From the NCBI GenBank assembly GCA_028023455.1, contig JAQFVV010000001.1, positions 2,356,001 through 2,420,000 of the forward strand: 64,000 nt of DNA, written 5' to 3'. The stretch's first letter is position 1; each line of letters begins with the position of its first letter. Of this stretch, positions 53,110 through 64,000 are shown piece by piece. The notes beneath the pieces were generated by a model, which saw only the letters and a program-made list of their open reading frames with translations, did not search any database and had not been told where the DNA came from. Origin of the DNA: Epiperipatus broadwayi (lineage: Eukaryota; Animalia; Onychophora). The position numbers and the translations under genes are program-made.

Positions 53110-55208
53110 CTTGTAAGTAAATAGTTTGGTTAAAAGTGATGCAAATTTATGTAAATGAGGTAGTTTAAGTATTTTATTTTCTGGAAATCTTATAACAAGA
53201 GTCTTTTCTGTTTATAGAGTTGTTATCTTTAATGATAAGCTTCTGCTGTCCTTGTGAATCTCACATATGTAACAACACCCTTGCAAGAGGTATGTGATGT
53301 TTTATTCAAAGGCCCCCAATATGTTGGGGTGGCTGGAAACATCTCAATGTGGAACTTATTGCTCATACAGAAGCTGGCTTGGCTAATGACCCAGACAAAG
53401 ATAGCTATATTACTCAGATCCTTAATGCCTTACAACATAAATCTTTAGATACACAGACACACATGCCTGGGAAGCAAAAATAACTAAAACCAGTCAATTT
53501 TTTAAAGATGCAGATATCACATGTATACTAGAAGAAAAATGCAATAGGTTCATGCTCATGAAAACCCAGGACTACCTAATTAAATTAGATCAAAAAAATC
53601 AACAAACTGTAATTTCAAAGGCTCTCCAGCTTTAATAATAAATTAAACAAGGATACATTCATCTCTTCCATTCTCAGATCTGACTGCAATAAAGCTTTTT
53701 ACAAGGCTCAGTATTACAGACTTTACCCTACTGCATCCATTTTTCTGAGGATGTTTGCTAACGCCAAAGTTCATAAAACTAATATTCCATTATGCCTTAT
53801 TTTTAGACTTTGTAGGGGTCCACTACTCCAACACAGCCAAATGAGTTAACCAACAGCGTATCCAAATCTTGGGATTTGGTTCATACACTATAAATTCATC
53901 TTTTTAATTTATAGCAAAAATAAATAACTTAGTTTTGAATCCAGACACCACACTGGCTACTATTGATGTTTCCAAGTTATACAACCCCATTTGCAGATTT
54001 AAATCCATTCAAATTATAAAAGAAAAGCTCATAAACCATAACTCAGCTCAACCATTAATTGATTTTATTATTAATTTCTTATCATGGTTGGACAAAAATG
54101 GCCTTCTTTCACAACCAGTTGTTTCACACAAGAGATGGTTGGCTGATGGGACTGCCTATGAACGACATCATCTGTAGCATAGTATTAAATCACTTTGAAA
54201 AATGAGTCATCCCAAAATATCAAGACACTAACCTATTCACTGTCTACATGAGATATGTTGATGACCTTTTCATGGCTGCCCCCATCCAATTATCCAACAA
54301 ATCAAAACTGAACTCAAAACAGTACAGACTTTACCTTCAACATAGAACATGAAATCAGTTACAAACAAGTCAAATACCTGGATATACATATTCGGTGAGA
54401 GCACACACATCTTAATTATAGTATGTTTGTCAAACCTCTTGAGATTAGAGGCCACTCTCATCCTCTCTCCAATTCACTAACTAACCATAAACTCTCCAGC
54501 TTAACTTCATTTCTCTATAGAAATATACATCATTGTAAGTTTGAAGCAGAGAAGAAAGCTAAACTAGTGTTATATAGAAATGATTTAATAAAGATTGGTT
54601 TTAGTCCTAATCTAATTGATAGGAAAATAAGCTAAATTTTACTCCAAAATAAATAACCATGCCAGTAACATAGACAAACAAAGGCTTCTACTTTCTTATC
54701 TTCTTAATGTGCATAGAAAATTTCATAACTTATTCAGTAATAAGTATCATTTATACTTTCACCCCACCCACCCCCAATTCCAACAAATTAATTAATAGTA
54801 CTAAAGATAGCTTACCACTCTTGCTGACATCTCAGGTACTTTACAATATTGCCTGTCCTGAAACACATTATTGTTTGGCATCATTATGGTGAGACCAGGG
54901 CCTCTCTATCCATGTGGCTATCTCAACACACATACTCATATAATAAAGCACTAACAGACCCATCTTGCAGTTCAGTTTTCACCCAGCACTGCAGCTCACC
55001 TGGTCATGATTGCCAACCTAAAGACCCAGTGGTTGTTTGCAGAGAGCGACATGATCATAAGAGAAAAATAAAGGAAGCTACTTTATCATTAAAGATAACA
55101 CTATAAGCATAAAAGATTCTTGTTAATAAGATCTCCAGGAAATGGAATCCTTAACTACCTCATTTACATAAATTTGCATCACTTTTAACCAACCTATTTA
55201 TTTACAAG

Positions 55209-55253
55209 ATGGCTATGAATATAAGGACTTTGGCCCTAGAAAGCACTTAGCCA
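55209..55253 (+). ncRNA. Variant (A3:U8) minimal hammerhead in 3' pLTR
   Basis: TGGCT-ATGAATA-TAAGGACTTTGGCCCTA-GAAA-GCAC-TT-AGCCA; 5-bp stem I, GAAA intact, CUU triplet. Confidence 0.55.
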
Positions 55254-55691
55254 CATACTCGGATACATATATTTAGTTTATATCAATCTACAGTTTCCAG
55301 CTTTGGGGGTCGTGCATTTTAGTGCATTTTATATATGTATATACTTAAACTAGATGCAATCAAAGTGGATTTGAGCCCTGACTTTCAAGCTTTCTACAGT
55401 CATTCACTCTATCAAATAAAACTGGTATACATGACCACATATATGTCAAAAAGATAAATAATCTCCAATATATATATATATCATGCTAAACCAGAACTCA
55501 TCATATGAGGGTTAGATTGACTTAAGGTTAACATGGGTATGACTATAATATTGGCATCAACAAAGTCTTTGAGGATTCCATCATCAGGTTTTTAGTGATA
55601 TAGATTGTTGGAGAGTATTGAAGCCTGTCCATTAAAGTGTGTAGATTTGCTATCTTAAAGCAAACCAAAAACTATATATGTGAGGGAGATG

Positions 55692-55750
55692 ATGATCTGG
55701 ACCAAGTGATGGGATTTGGTTTAGTATGAAATATGTATATTGGAGATCAT
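55692..55750 (+). ncRNA. Strongly decayed hammerhead (retrozyme family)
   Basis: ATGATCTGGACCAA-GTGATGG-GATTTGGTTTAGTAT-GAAA-TATGTA-TA-TTGG-AGATCAT; stem I perfect, core mutated. Confidence 0.5.
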
Positions 55751-56157
55751 TTATCTTTTTCACATGTATGTTGTCAAGTGTGTTGGTAATACTGGATAGA
55801 GTGGATGACTATAGGGAGATTGAAAGTCTGGATTCAAATCTCTTTTAGTTACACGTAGTTTTTAAGTGTATACACTATTACTTGTATTTCAATATTACAC
55901 ATTCAGCCTGTATTCTGCCATCCCTCTTCTTTGTATTTAAATGGACATATTAGGGTCCTACATGTGAGGAGTCAGATTGACTTAAGATAGACATAAATAT
56001 GATTATAATATTTAGCAACATCAAGGGCTTTGAGCATTCTATCATCAGACTTTCAGTGATATGGATGACTGAAGAGTTGGAGTGGAGAGGATTGAAAGTG
56101 TGCAGATTTTCTATCTTAATGTAAACTGTCACTGATTATACATGTGTGTAATTAGTG

Positions 56158-56216
56158 ATGATCTGGACCAACTGATGAGTGCTGGTTCTGCATGAAATAC
56201 TTATACTGGAGATGAT
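56158..56216 (+). ncRNA. Type I hammerhead (retrozyme family) with intact core
   Basis: ATGATCTGGACCAA-CTGATGA-GTGCTG-GTT-CTGCAT-GAAA-TACTTA-TA-CTGG-AGATGAT; single mismatches in stems I and II. Confidence 0.7.
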
Positions 56217-56901
56217 TTATCTTTTTCACATGTATGTGATAATGTGTATTGGTTATACTGTGTAGAGAGGATGACTGTTGGGAACTAAGTCTGGGTTCAA
56301 ATTCCCTTTAATATAGATAGTAATTTATTTATTAATATTGTTAAATATATCATTATATTAAATACTTATTTACCACATGTACAGCATATGTAAATTATAT
56401 ATATGTAACACATATTTCAATCTTTCTCTCTTTATATGTATTAATGGCAAATAGGTGGAGATAACAACAACATTGAAAATTGTTTAAATCAATAAAAGTT
56501 ATTTTTAATAAATTATATATAAAAAATAATAATAATAACCATAGAGTAAGACAATATAAATATCAGGACTTCCTAGTGGGATTTATTGTTTTGAATTGTT
56601 TTGAAATGATTAAATGATTATTCACCTTGCACTAAGTCATATGTTTGATTTTAATAATGTAGCATTTATTAAGGAAATGATCTTCATAAATAGTAGATTA
56701 AAAAGATTTGATATTTTTTTTTAGCAATGCACTAATAGAGTACAAATGAGTTTAATATTGAAATTTTAAAAGATAGCTTGATTTCCATTCATTTTAGATG
56801 AGGTTTTGTTGTCATGAATATGATAATGTGAATAATCTGCTAAACAAATTATTTATTTAATTAGTTTACTCTGGTTTTAATCTTTATTATATATTTCATA
56901 G

Positions 56902-56935
56902 AGCATCAAGACAGTATAAACATCAGGGCTTTTTA
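56902..56935 (+). CDS. Candidate 34-bp exon (xHQDSINIRAF)
   Basis: tatttcatag acceptor, TA|gtgaga donor; phase-compatible with 57613-57677. May be chance. Confidence 0.2.
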
Positions 56936-57612
56936 GTGAGATTTGTTGCCTGAAATTATTATTAAATTTGCTATGATTCCATTATTTAAGTATATATTTA
57001 TATGATGGAGTTGTGTTTTATTATTATTATTAAAGTAATTGGCTTAGTGAAAAATAGTTTTCATTGTTATTTTTTAATTATATATGATAGCGATTATATT
57101 GGCCATGCCAATATTATGTTATTGTATTTTCAAAAATATAATGTGAGATATTCATTTAATTAATTTTTCTTTTCATTAAAAATAAAATACATTGAATTTA
57201 CTGTGGAGATAACCCCAAAAGATTTATAAAAAGACAGTTTAAGTGTTGATATGTAAATCAAGTGAAAAAATATTGTGATAGATTTTTTTTCATTCTCTCT
57301 CCCCACTCTACTTTGAAGCAGGAAAAGGAAAACAAAATTAATTACCTATTAAATAATCATTTTCATACATAAGTAAATATTATTGTTTTCCATTATTCAT
57401 TTCAAGTGATGAAAATATTTGTTGTCCTAAGGTTTATATGGAAAATGAAGTACTACATTAAAATAAATAGTTCATTGTTTCCAATCCTAGTGCAATTATC
57501 TAATCTAAATTCCTTCTCAATTAATTTTAAACAAATATTAATGAATGGAATTCTGTAAATTGATAGTTAAAGAAGAACTAATAATATAAATGCTTTATAT
57601 AATTACTTTTAG

Positions 57613-57677
57613 CATTTCACTTAATGATTCTGAAAAGAGAAAAAATATTGAAGAGAAGAAAAGGTTTCCAGATGGCA
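57613..57677 (+). CDS. Candidate 65-bp exon (ISLNDSEKRKNIEEKKRFPDG)
   Basis: aattacttttag acceptor, GCA|gtaaga donor, purine-rich open frame. Confidence 0.3.
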
Positions 57678-58771
57678 GTAAGACATTTTAAAGCCAAAAT
57701 TGTTCATGCTTTGTTATTGTTGTTATTTATGGATATTCACGACAAGCTAAGGAAAATAATATTTATGCACTTTTAAAGAAAGGTTAAAGAATGAAAGCTA
57801 TTTTCAAATTTGTTTAAAATGATATTATTTTCTTATGCATAAGAGGTGATAGAAATATAATATTGGAACTTTAATAATATTCAACAATAATAAAGTATTT
57901 AAAATTATTTCTAGAAATGCTATCTGAAATTGAAAAGAAAGCATTCAAACTTTTATTGCAATCTTTGAAGTGAAAAATGTTCAAGAAAGGATTTCCCAAA
58001 GAAGATTTTAATGATTTGTTTCATTATTTATTGATTTGTTTTATTTTTCTCATTAATAAATTATTTTTATTTACAAACTTATTAATTATTATTTCATACA
58101 TTAAGAACAGTAATAATGGAATAAAATATTTTATTATTTCATGAAAAACACACAAATTGTGTATAACTTATATTTAACACTTTCTAATAAAGTAAATACT
58201 ACACACACAACCTGTAAAATAATCTCCACCCATAGCTCTGAGAACATGCTTTTTGATTTGTTATGTCTGGAGTGCTTGGTAGCTAAGTAAATGAACATTT
58301 GTGAGAAGTATGAGTTCTAGATAAATAATTGCTAATTTCATATTATTTTACTTATATATTCTACTGCTTCTACTTTTATTAATGAGGATTACCATTACAG
58401 CATATAAGTTTTTAAATTAAAATACATTCTTACTTTTTAAAGAACTGATAACATTAAAATATGCAGTTAATGGCAGATAAAGAATTGTCCTTCTGAGAAA
58501 TCTTTACTATAAGAACAAATTAATAGACTTTAAAATTCTTTTAATATTTATTTAACCTTTTAACTGCTAATTATATTATTGGTCGAGTGAGTTAAAAATC
58601 AAAACTTTTAATTGGCCAGTTTACAAACTGAAGACAAAGTCAATTGTCAAAATATATTTATGTTTTGATATTATATTTACTTTAGTTTCATTTGTAAAAA
58701 GTATATTAATAATTCATCAGATTATGAAAGTTAACGAAAGTTTTTTCAAAAATAAATTTTGATTTAAAATT

Positions 58772-59175
58772 TGGAAAATATTCGATAGCAGTTGAAATTA
58801 AAGGAACGGTAATCACCAACCAAAAAGATTTACTACATCATGATTTGTTTCCACTTTGCAATAAATAAATAATTCTTGCTAAAATCTTAACTATTTTTTT
58901 AAAATAATTTTATTTTTAGCGTTATTTTATCAAAATAATTTGTAATTCATCAAAAAACACTGTTAAAATGTTCTAAAACATTCGTTTATCATTTTCGAAA
59001 TAAAACAAAAAATGATCATAACTCTTTACTTTTTGGCAACCATTTTCTTTGTTGTCAAAATTTAAACAGCCAATCACATCCAAGAAAAGGTGGAGCTTTG
59101 GTATTGTTTGACATATTTGGTCATTTTTATTGATTTTTTACTTGTAAAATAATTCAAGAGAGGGCAGATTCTTAT
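58772..59175 (-). repeat. Dispersed ~410-bp repeat, copy 2 (inverted relative to 49650-50060)
   Basis: Reverse complement aligns block by block with copy 1; substantially diverged. Confidence 0.8.
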
Positions 59176-59525
59176 ACATAGGACAAAAAGTAACCGATTT
59201 AGAGTGACATCAAATCTCATTTTTAGACAAGTCAGGCAGGCAAAGAGTTAATACAGGATATTTAATCATTATCTTTTTAAATATTTTTTTATATTTTATT
59301 TATTCTATGTTCAATACTGTATATTAATTTTACTCATTCTATTTCATAATTATTTAATATTGAGCAATTGCTTACATTTCTTGTTTTATACATGTGTTTA
59401 CAATCTCTTATAAATCATTTTTATCCTAGAACATCTATAAAATTAAACAGTGGTGCTTTTTAAATTTTATAATAATATTTTAATTATATAGAAGGTAGTC
59501 ATATCTTCTCACTAATGCTGTTAAA

Positions 59526-59787
59526 CAGTGATATTAAAACTGCAAGGATGCTCTTGCTTTAGTCACAAGATAGACTTTGAAAAAATAAGAAAAACATCTT
59601 TTTTTTTTAAAAAAACTCTAATGGACTTATATGAACCAATCTTAAGTGTCTAGAAGTGGGAATGTGAATATATAAATCATTGAATTTAAATCCATTTTTT
59701 AGTTTAACAATGTTATAAGTACTTCTGAAATATTACAATCTACTCTGTGTCTAGGGTGAGAGCATTCTTGCAGTTTTAATGTTACTG
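59526..59787. mobile_element. Tc1/mariner-type MITE
   Basis: ~50-bp imperfect TIRs CAGTGATATTAAAACTGCAAGGATGCTCT / AGAGCATTCTTGCAGTTTTAATGTTACTG; TA on the right flank, AA on the left. Confidence 0.65.
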
Positions 59788-60537
59788 TATAAGGAATGAT
59801 TACATTCTATGCAATTACAATCTAAACACTGCACTAGTAAAATTTATACACAAAAATTATAAATTAATATTGTAGTATTTTGAAACCCACAATTTTTGAG
59901 ACATATAATGTTTGAATATATTTAAGTCATCCATTATATACATAAAAACTACAATATCCATAATTCACTCAACTGTGAAAATGTTAATTTGTTAAAAAAT
60001 TCAAGTCAATGTATTATTATCTTTATATTAGGTGATTATCTCTAATAGGTACTGATTCTCAAATGTGTTTAAAATATAAAGCAAAAGTTTGAAATTCTAT
60101 TCTAACATATATTCTCAAATCAAATGAAAATAGAAAAACAAATATGATGGTCTTCTAATTTCCAATGACCTTTGTATTCTCCATTATTCTCAGACTACAA
60201 TTTTTATAGAGAAGTTCATTTATGAAAAAAATTAATTAATAGAACATTAGATCAGTTTTTTGTTACTGATTCTCAAATGTGTATGAAATATAAAAATAAA
60301 TGTTTGTAATTTTATGCTAAATATTTATTCTTAGAATGTCAGAAGAAAACAATGATAGTAATTTTTTAAATATCTAATCATTTTTATATCAGCATGTATG
60401 TTCAACTACTACAATTTATGAAACATGAAGACACAAATTCATTATCATATTTTTTGTTAATATACAATATATATATATAATCAAGTAAATGTAAAAAAAT
60501 TATTTATTTTCAATTATTTTTTAACTAATTTTTAAAG

Positions 60538-60638
60538 CAATATTTGTGGATAAATTACATCAAAACTTTTGCATGATGTCCATGCAAGAATTGGTGCTGC
60601 AATCACAACATGATTTTAGTGGCAGGAATCTATTGTGA
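60538..60638 (+). CDS. Candidate exon (xIFVDKLHQNFCMMSMQELVLQSQHDFSGRNLL*)
   Basis: Branch-point-like CTAAT + tttttaaag acceptor; phase 1, compatible with 57613-57677 (joins as FPDG-T-IFV). No clear donor; may be terminal exon or chance. Confidence 0.2.
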
Positions 60639-63600
60639 TTAATTTGGCAATAGAACATTTTAATTTGAAAAAGACCTGAATGATTTTTATAGTTAGAATA
60701 AATTTAATAGATTAAAATTTTAATTGTAATTAAAAATGAAAATGTCACAAGAAAGAATATTATTTTTCTGGTAAGAGAAAATACACTTCTGTACTTGCAA
60801 CATAGACTTTTATTTACATAATAAAAACAGGAAAATAAGTTTATACCTGATTTGTTTGTTTGTCATATTTTTTATAGAATTACTAAGTATTTGTTTTTTT
60901 AAATAAGTATTTGATGTTCATATTTAGCTTTTATTTAAATATATTTATTTTTAGCAGAAAATTAGTCAACAATAGATGGCTAATAAGTTTTTTTTTCTTT
61001 AATACATTTTTTAGTTTGAAAGCTAAAATGCATTTTTTTTTGCTTGCAGTGTTATTAATTTTTAGATTAATCCATTTTTTTTTAAATTTCTGCTTTAATG
61101 AAATTTTCAAAAAAATAAACAAAATGGAGCATAATTTTTTTTTCTCATTTAAAAAATAAGATTTATCTTAGACAGTAATTCCAAAATGGCTCATAAATCA
61201 AAAAATCTCTTATAAGACACAAGCAATTATAATGATTTGCAGTGAATAAAAAAGTTAATTCATTAACCTAAATTCAAAATATATATTTAAAAATACATGA
61301 AAAACCCAATTTAAAAAAAAGCTTTAAATTGACAAAAGTGATAATTAATGAATAAACACTTTATAAAACATATTATTAATAAAATAATAAAGTATTAATA
61401 TGCAATTAAATATACTTTATAATAAAAACATTTAAGCTGATATATTTTTATGATAATTTCTCAACTTACAGTCCATTATTTAGACCAAGGATGATATAAC
61501 CTGAATCATGATTCATTAAAATGAAGCATATTGAAAAAAATAGAGTTAACACAATGCATTCTGTATATTTTATTTTTGATATAGATTATGTTCTATTATC
61601 AGTTTTTATTTTTATAATTATCTAACTAGTAAAACTTTGAATTTATTTTTGAGCTCTGTTAATTCATTTTTTTTAAAGAAATGGTTTATAATTTTATTTA
61701 TTTTACATAAATGCAGTCATAATTCAATAAAATAAAGAAATACAATGTAGTTTTGATAACAAATATTTAAAAATCTTATTTTTGCCAATAGTGTTTTAAT
61801 GTAGAATAAAGCATTTTTAATTCATGCAATTAAAATTTCTATAGATGCAAAATCACTCATTAGAAATAAATTAAATAGGAATTGTTTTGGAAATAAATAC
61901 ATTTTGTTGTTATATATGATTAATGTTGTTTATACTGAATGAAATTGGTACAATATTTTTATGTCAATTTTTTTTTATATTTGTGATTAAAGTCAGCTAA
62001 ATTTATTTATTTTGGATATTCAATAGAAATTAAATGTGATATTTTTAATTTATTTTTGGCATCATTTGATCATATAATGTTTATTATTAAATGTATAATG
62101 CATGAAATAATTTTTTTTTTAATGAAAGTAATTTAAATGTACAATAACAACAGTCTTGTCTTGGATAGAATTAATTTTTAAAAATTTTTTAGACAAAAAT
62201 TGATTAAGTGATTATTTAAAATTTATTATTAATATACTTGGTTACTATATATGTTCAAAATATATTTTTCATTACATTTTTTGCCAATTCCAACTAAAGC
62301 TTTATTTTACCTTGGATGTGTCATAAATTAAAATACAGACTGTCAAGAATACTGGATGAAAATGATATGAATACAGTAATGATGTTTTACTTGTATATAA
62401 TCAAAACAATTATTGCATATAATTAATAAACTTTATACTCTGCTACATTGTTTTAGAAGGGTATGTCACCATATTAGTTTCCAATAATGTTCTCCTCTTG
62501 AAGCTACTATTCTATGGTGTTATCTCTCTTGTAAGATGATCATCATTTAAAAAATTGTAGTTGTTTTTTTTAAAATAATCATTAAAAAAAATCACCATGG
62601 CAAATTCACGTATAAAGATGTCCCATGTGGGGGGGGGGATAAGTTTACAATGAAAGGAGAAAAGAAATGAATAGAAAAGGCTCACGAGTGTGTTCACAAA
62701 AATAAAATAGTTAAGAGCTTAATAAATTACATTTCATTTTGTTCATAATAGTATTTAAATTAGTTTTTTTTTTTACTTTATAATCTTTTTAAATCCATAA
62801 TATATGTATATGTGCTTTGCTCACATATAATGAAGCTGATAACAGTAAATAAAATAAATAATATACAATTATTAAAGATGAGTGCTTTCGGGAGAAATAT
62901 TATACAATTATTTATTTTATTTACTCTTATCAGCTTTATTATCTGTGCGCAAAGCATATATATATATTATGGATTTTATATGCTAATGAAGTAAATCTTT
63001 AATCTTTTTAAAATAGAATGTATAAAAATATTTTTTAATTTTTTTTTTTGTCTTTTTTACTATTATTTATTATTTGAGTGACATCATTCAAAATTTGAAA
63101 AATTTCTGTATGAAAAGGGTCAAAAACAAAAGTGTTAGAGTAAAAGTATTCAGTCTAACATAAAGAGAGACATTTCTCTTTTTATCAATAAAATAACATA
63201 TTGTAGAGGATATAAAGTCTTCTCTAATCCTCACAATAAAGTTAATTATATACAATCAGCATTATATAATCAACTTTTAAATATAAAAAGTAAACACATA
63301 TTTATATATTTAAAAAATAATCATAATTATCAGGGATGGTTTTGGGAATAATCTTTTGGATAAAACAAAAAAATCGGTAAATAACAATTTCTTTTATAAA
63401 AAGATTATTTAATGCTTTCAAAAATGATTGAATGATTTATTCTTCAGAAATTCATAAGTAGTTTCAGCGCTGAAAATATCAGATAGAGCTGCAATCTATG
63501 GACCTTTAATTTCAGTGTATATTACTTTACCACAGCACTAAACCAAGCAAAATATTTAATGCATTGAGATTTACCATTATAAAGATGGATAAATAGTTAT

Positions 63601-64000
63601 TTTAATTAATTAGAAATACCAATAAACACTGTCCAATTTTTTTAGTATAATCTATTGATTTTCTATTTTATTTAGGCCATGGCATATGCATGAAGGGTAC
63701 CTTTTATTTCATCCACTTTAGTTTAATAAGTTACTAAATTCTATTCATAATTTTATTTTTTATGTTTGAAACAAAAAAATGTTACTTTTATGCATTGTTA
63801 TTGAAAATTATATTAAATTCCTTTATATATATATATATATAACAATGATGGGAAAATGCAGCTCTTAGTTGAGACAAGTGTGGCTCCATTGAAATCCAAT
63901 TTTATTTTTATTATTTCAGTTTTTTTTTTGATTGCACAAAAATTTATAATATGGTAGAAAATTTTTGTCAAATATTTTTATTACCAATTACATCATGTAT

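Larger units (their letters stand above)
53025..55293 (+). mobile_element. Penelope-like retroelement (RT + GIY-YIG), degenerate, with ~220-bp inverted pseudo-LTRs
   Basis: VLFKGPQY, AKVHKTNIPL, LATIDVSKLYNPI, MGLPMN, YMRYVDDLF (YVDD 54254-54265), VKYLDI, YVKP, YNIACP...YGETRASLS..LSQH, RKIKEA. 53025-53245 is the reverse complement of 55075-55293. Confidence 0.92.
55330..56310 (+). mobile_element. HHR-monomer locus E: inverted 5' segment (55330-55502, ends inside an HHR core) + tandem monomers (period ~466 bp)
   Basis: HHR positions at 55706 and 56172; monomer blocks repeat; locus starts <40 bp after the PLE 3' pLTR. Confidence 0.88.

Overview
Very AT-rich, CpG-depleted eukaryotic (probably invertebrate animal) nuclear DNA, almost entirely intronic or intergenic. 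No intact protein-coding gene is recognisable; a few + strand candidate exons and an RFX X-box are weak hints of a host gene. The window is filled with decayed transposons: two hAT/Charlie-type DNA transposons, L1/Tx1, RTE and other LINE remnants, Penelope-like elements (PLEs; RT + GIY-YIG) with inverted terminal repeats, tRNA-Gly-derived SINEs, MITE-like foldbacks and microsatellites. The main unexplained signal is RNA-level: three distinct hammerhead-ribozyme (HHR) systems. (1) A ~466-484 bp non-coding monomer occurs at six loci, partly in tandem. It carries a type I HHR (consensus ATGATCT-GGA-CCAA-CTGATGA-GTGCTG-GTT-CAGCAC-GAAA-TACGTA-TA^TTGG-AGATCAT) and a tRNA-like A/B-box segment, and is integrated with PLE-style inverted ends, so it is a candidate retrozyme/circRNA family. 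(2) Two diverged PLE families share an HHR-like motif whose core is AUGAAUA, an apparent compensatory A3:U8 replacement of the C3:G8 pair. (3) A stand-alone GUC-type HHR lies near 2 kb. All calls are by eye; no database searches or folding programs were run.
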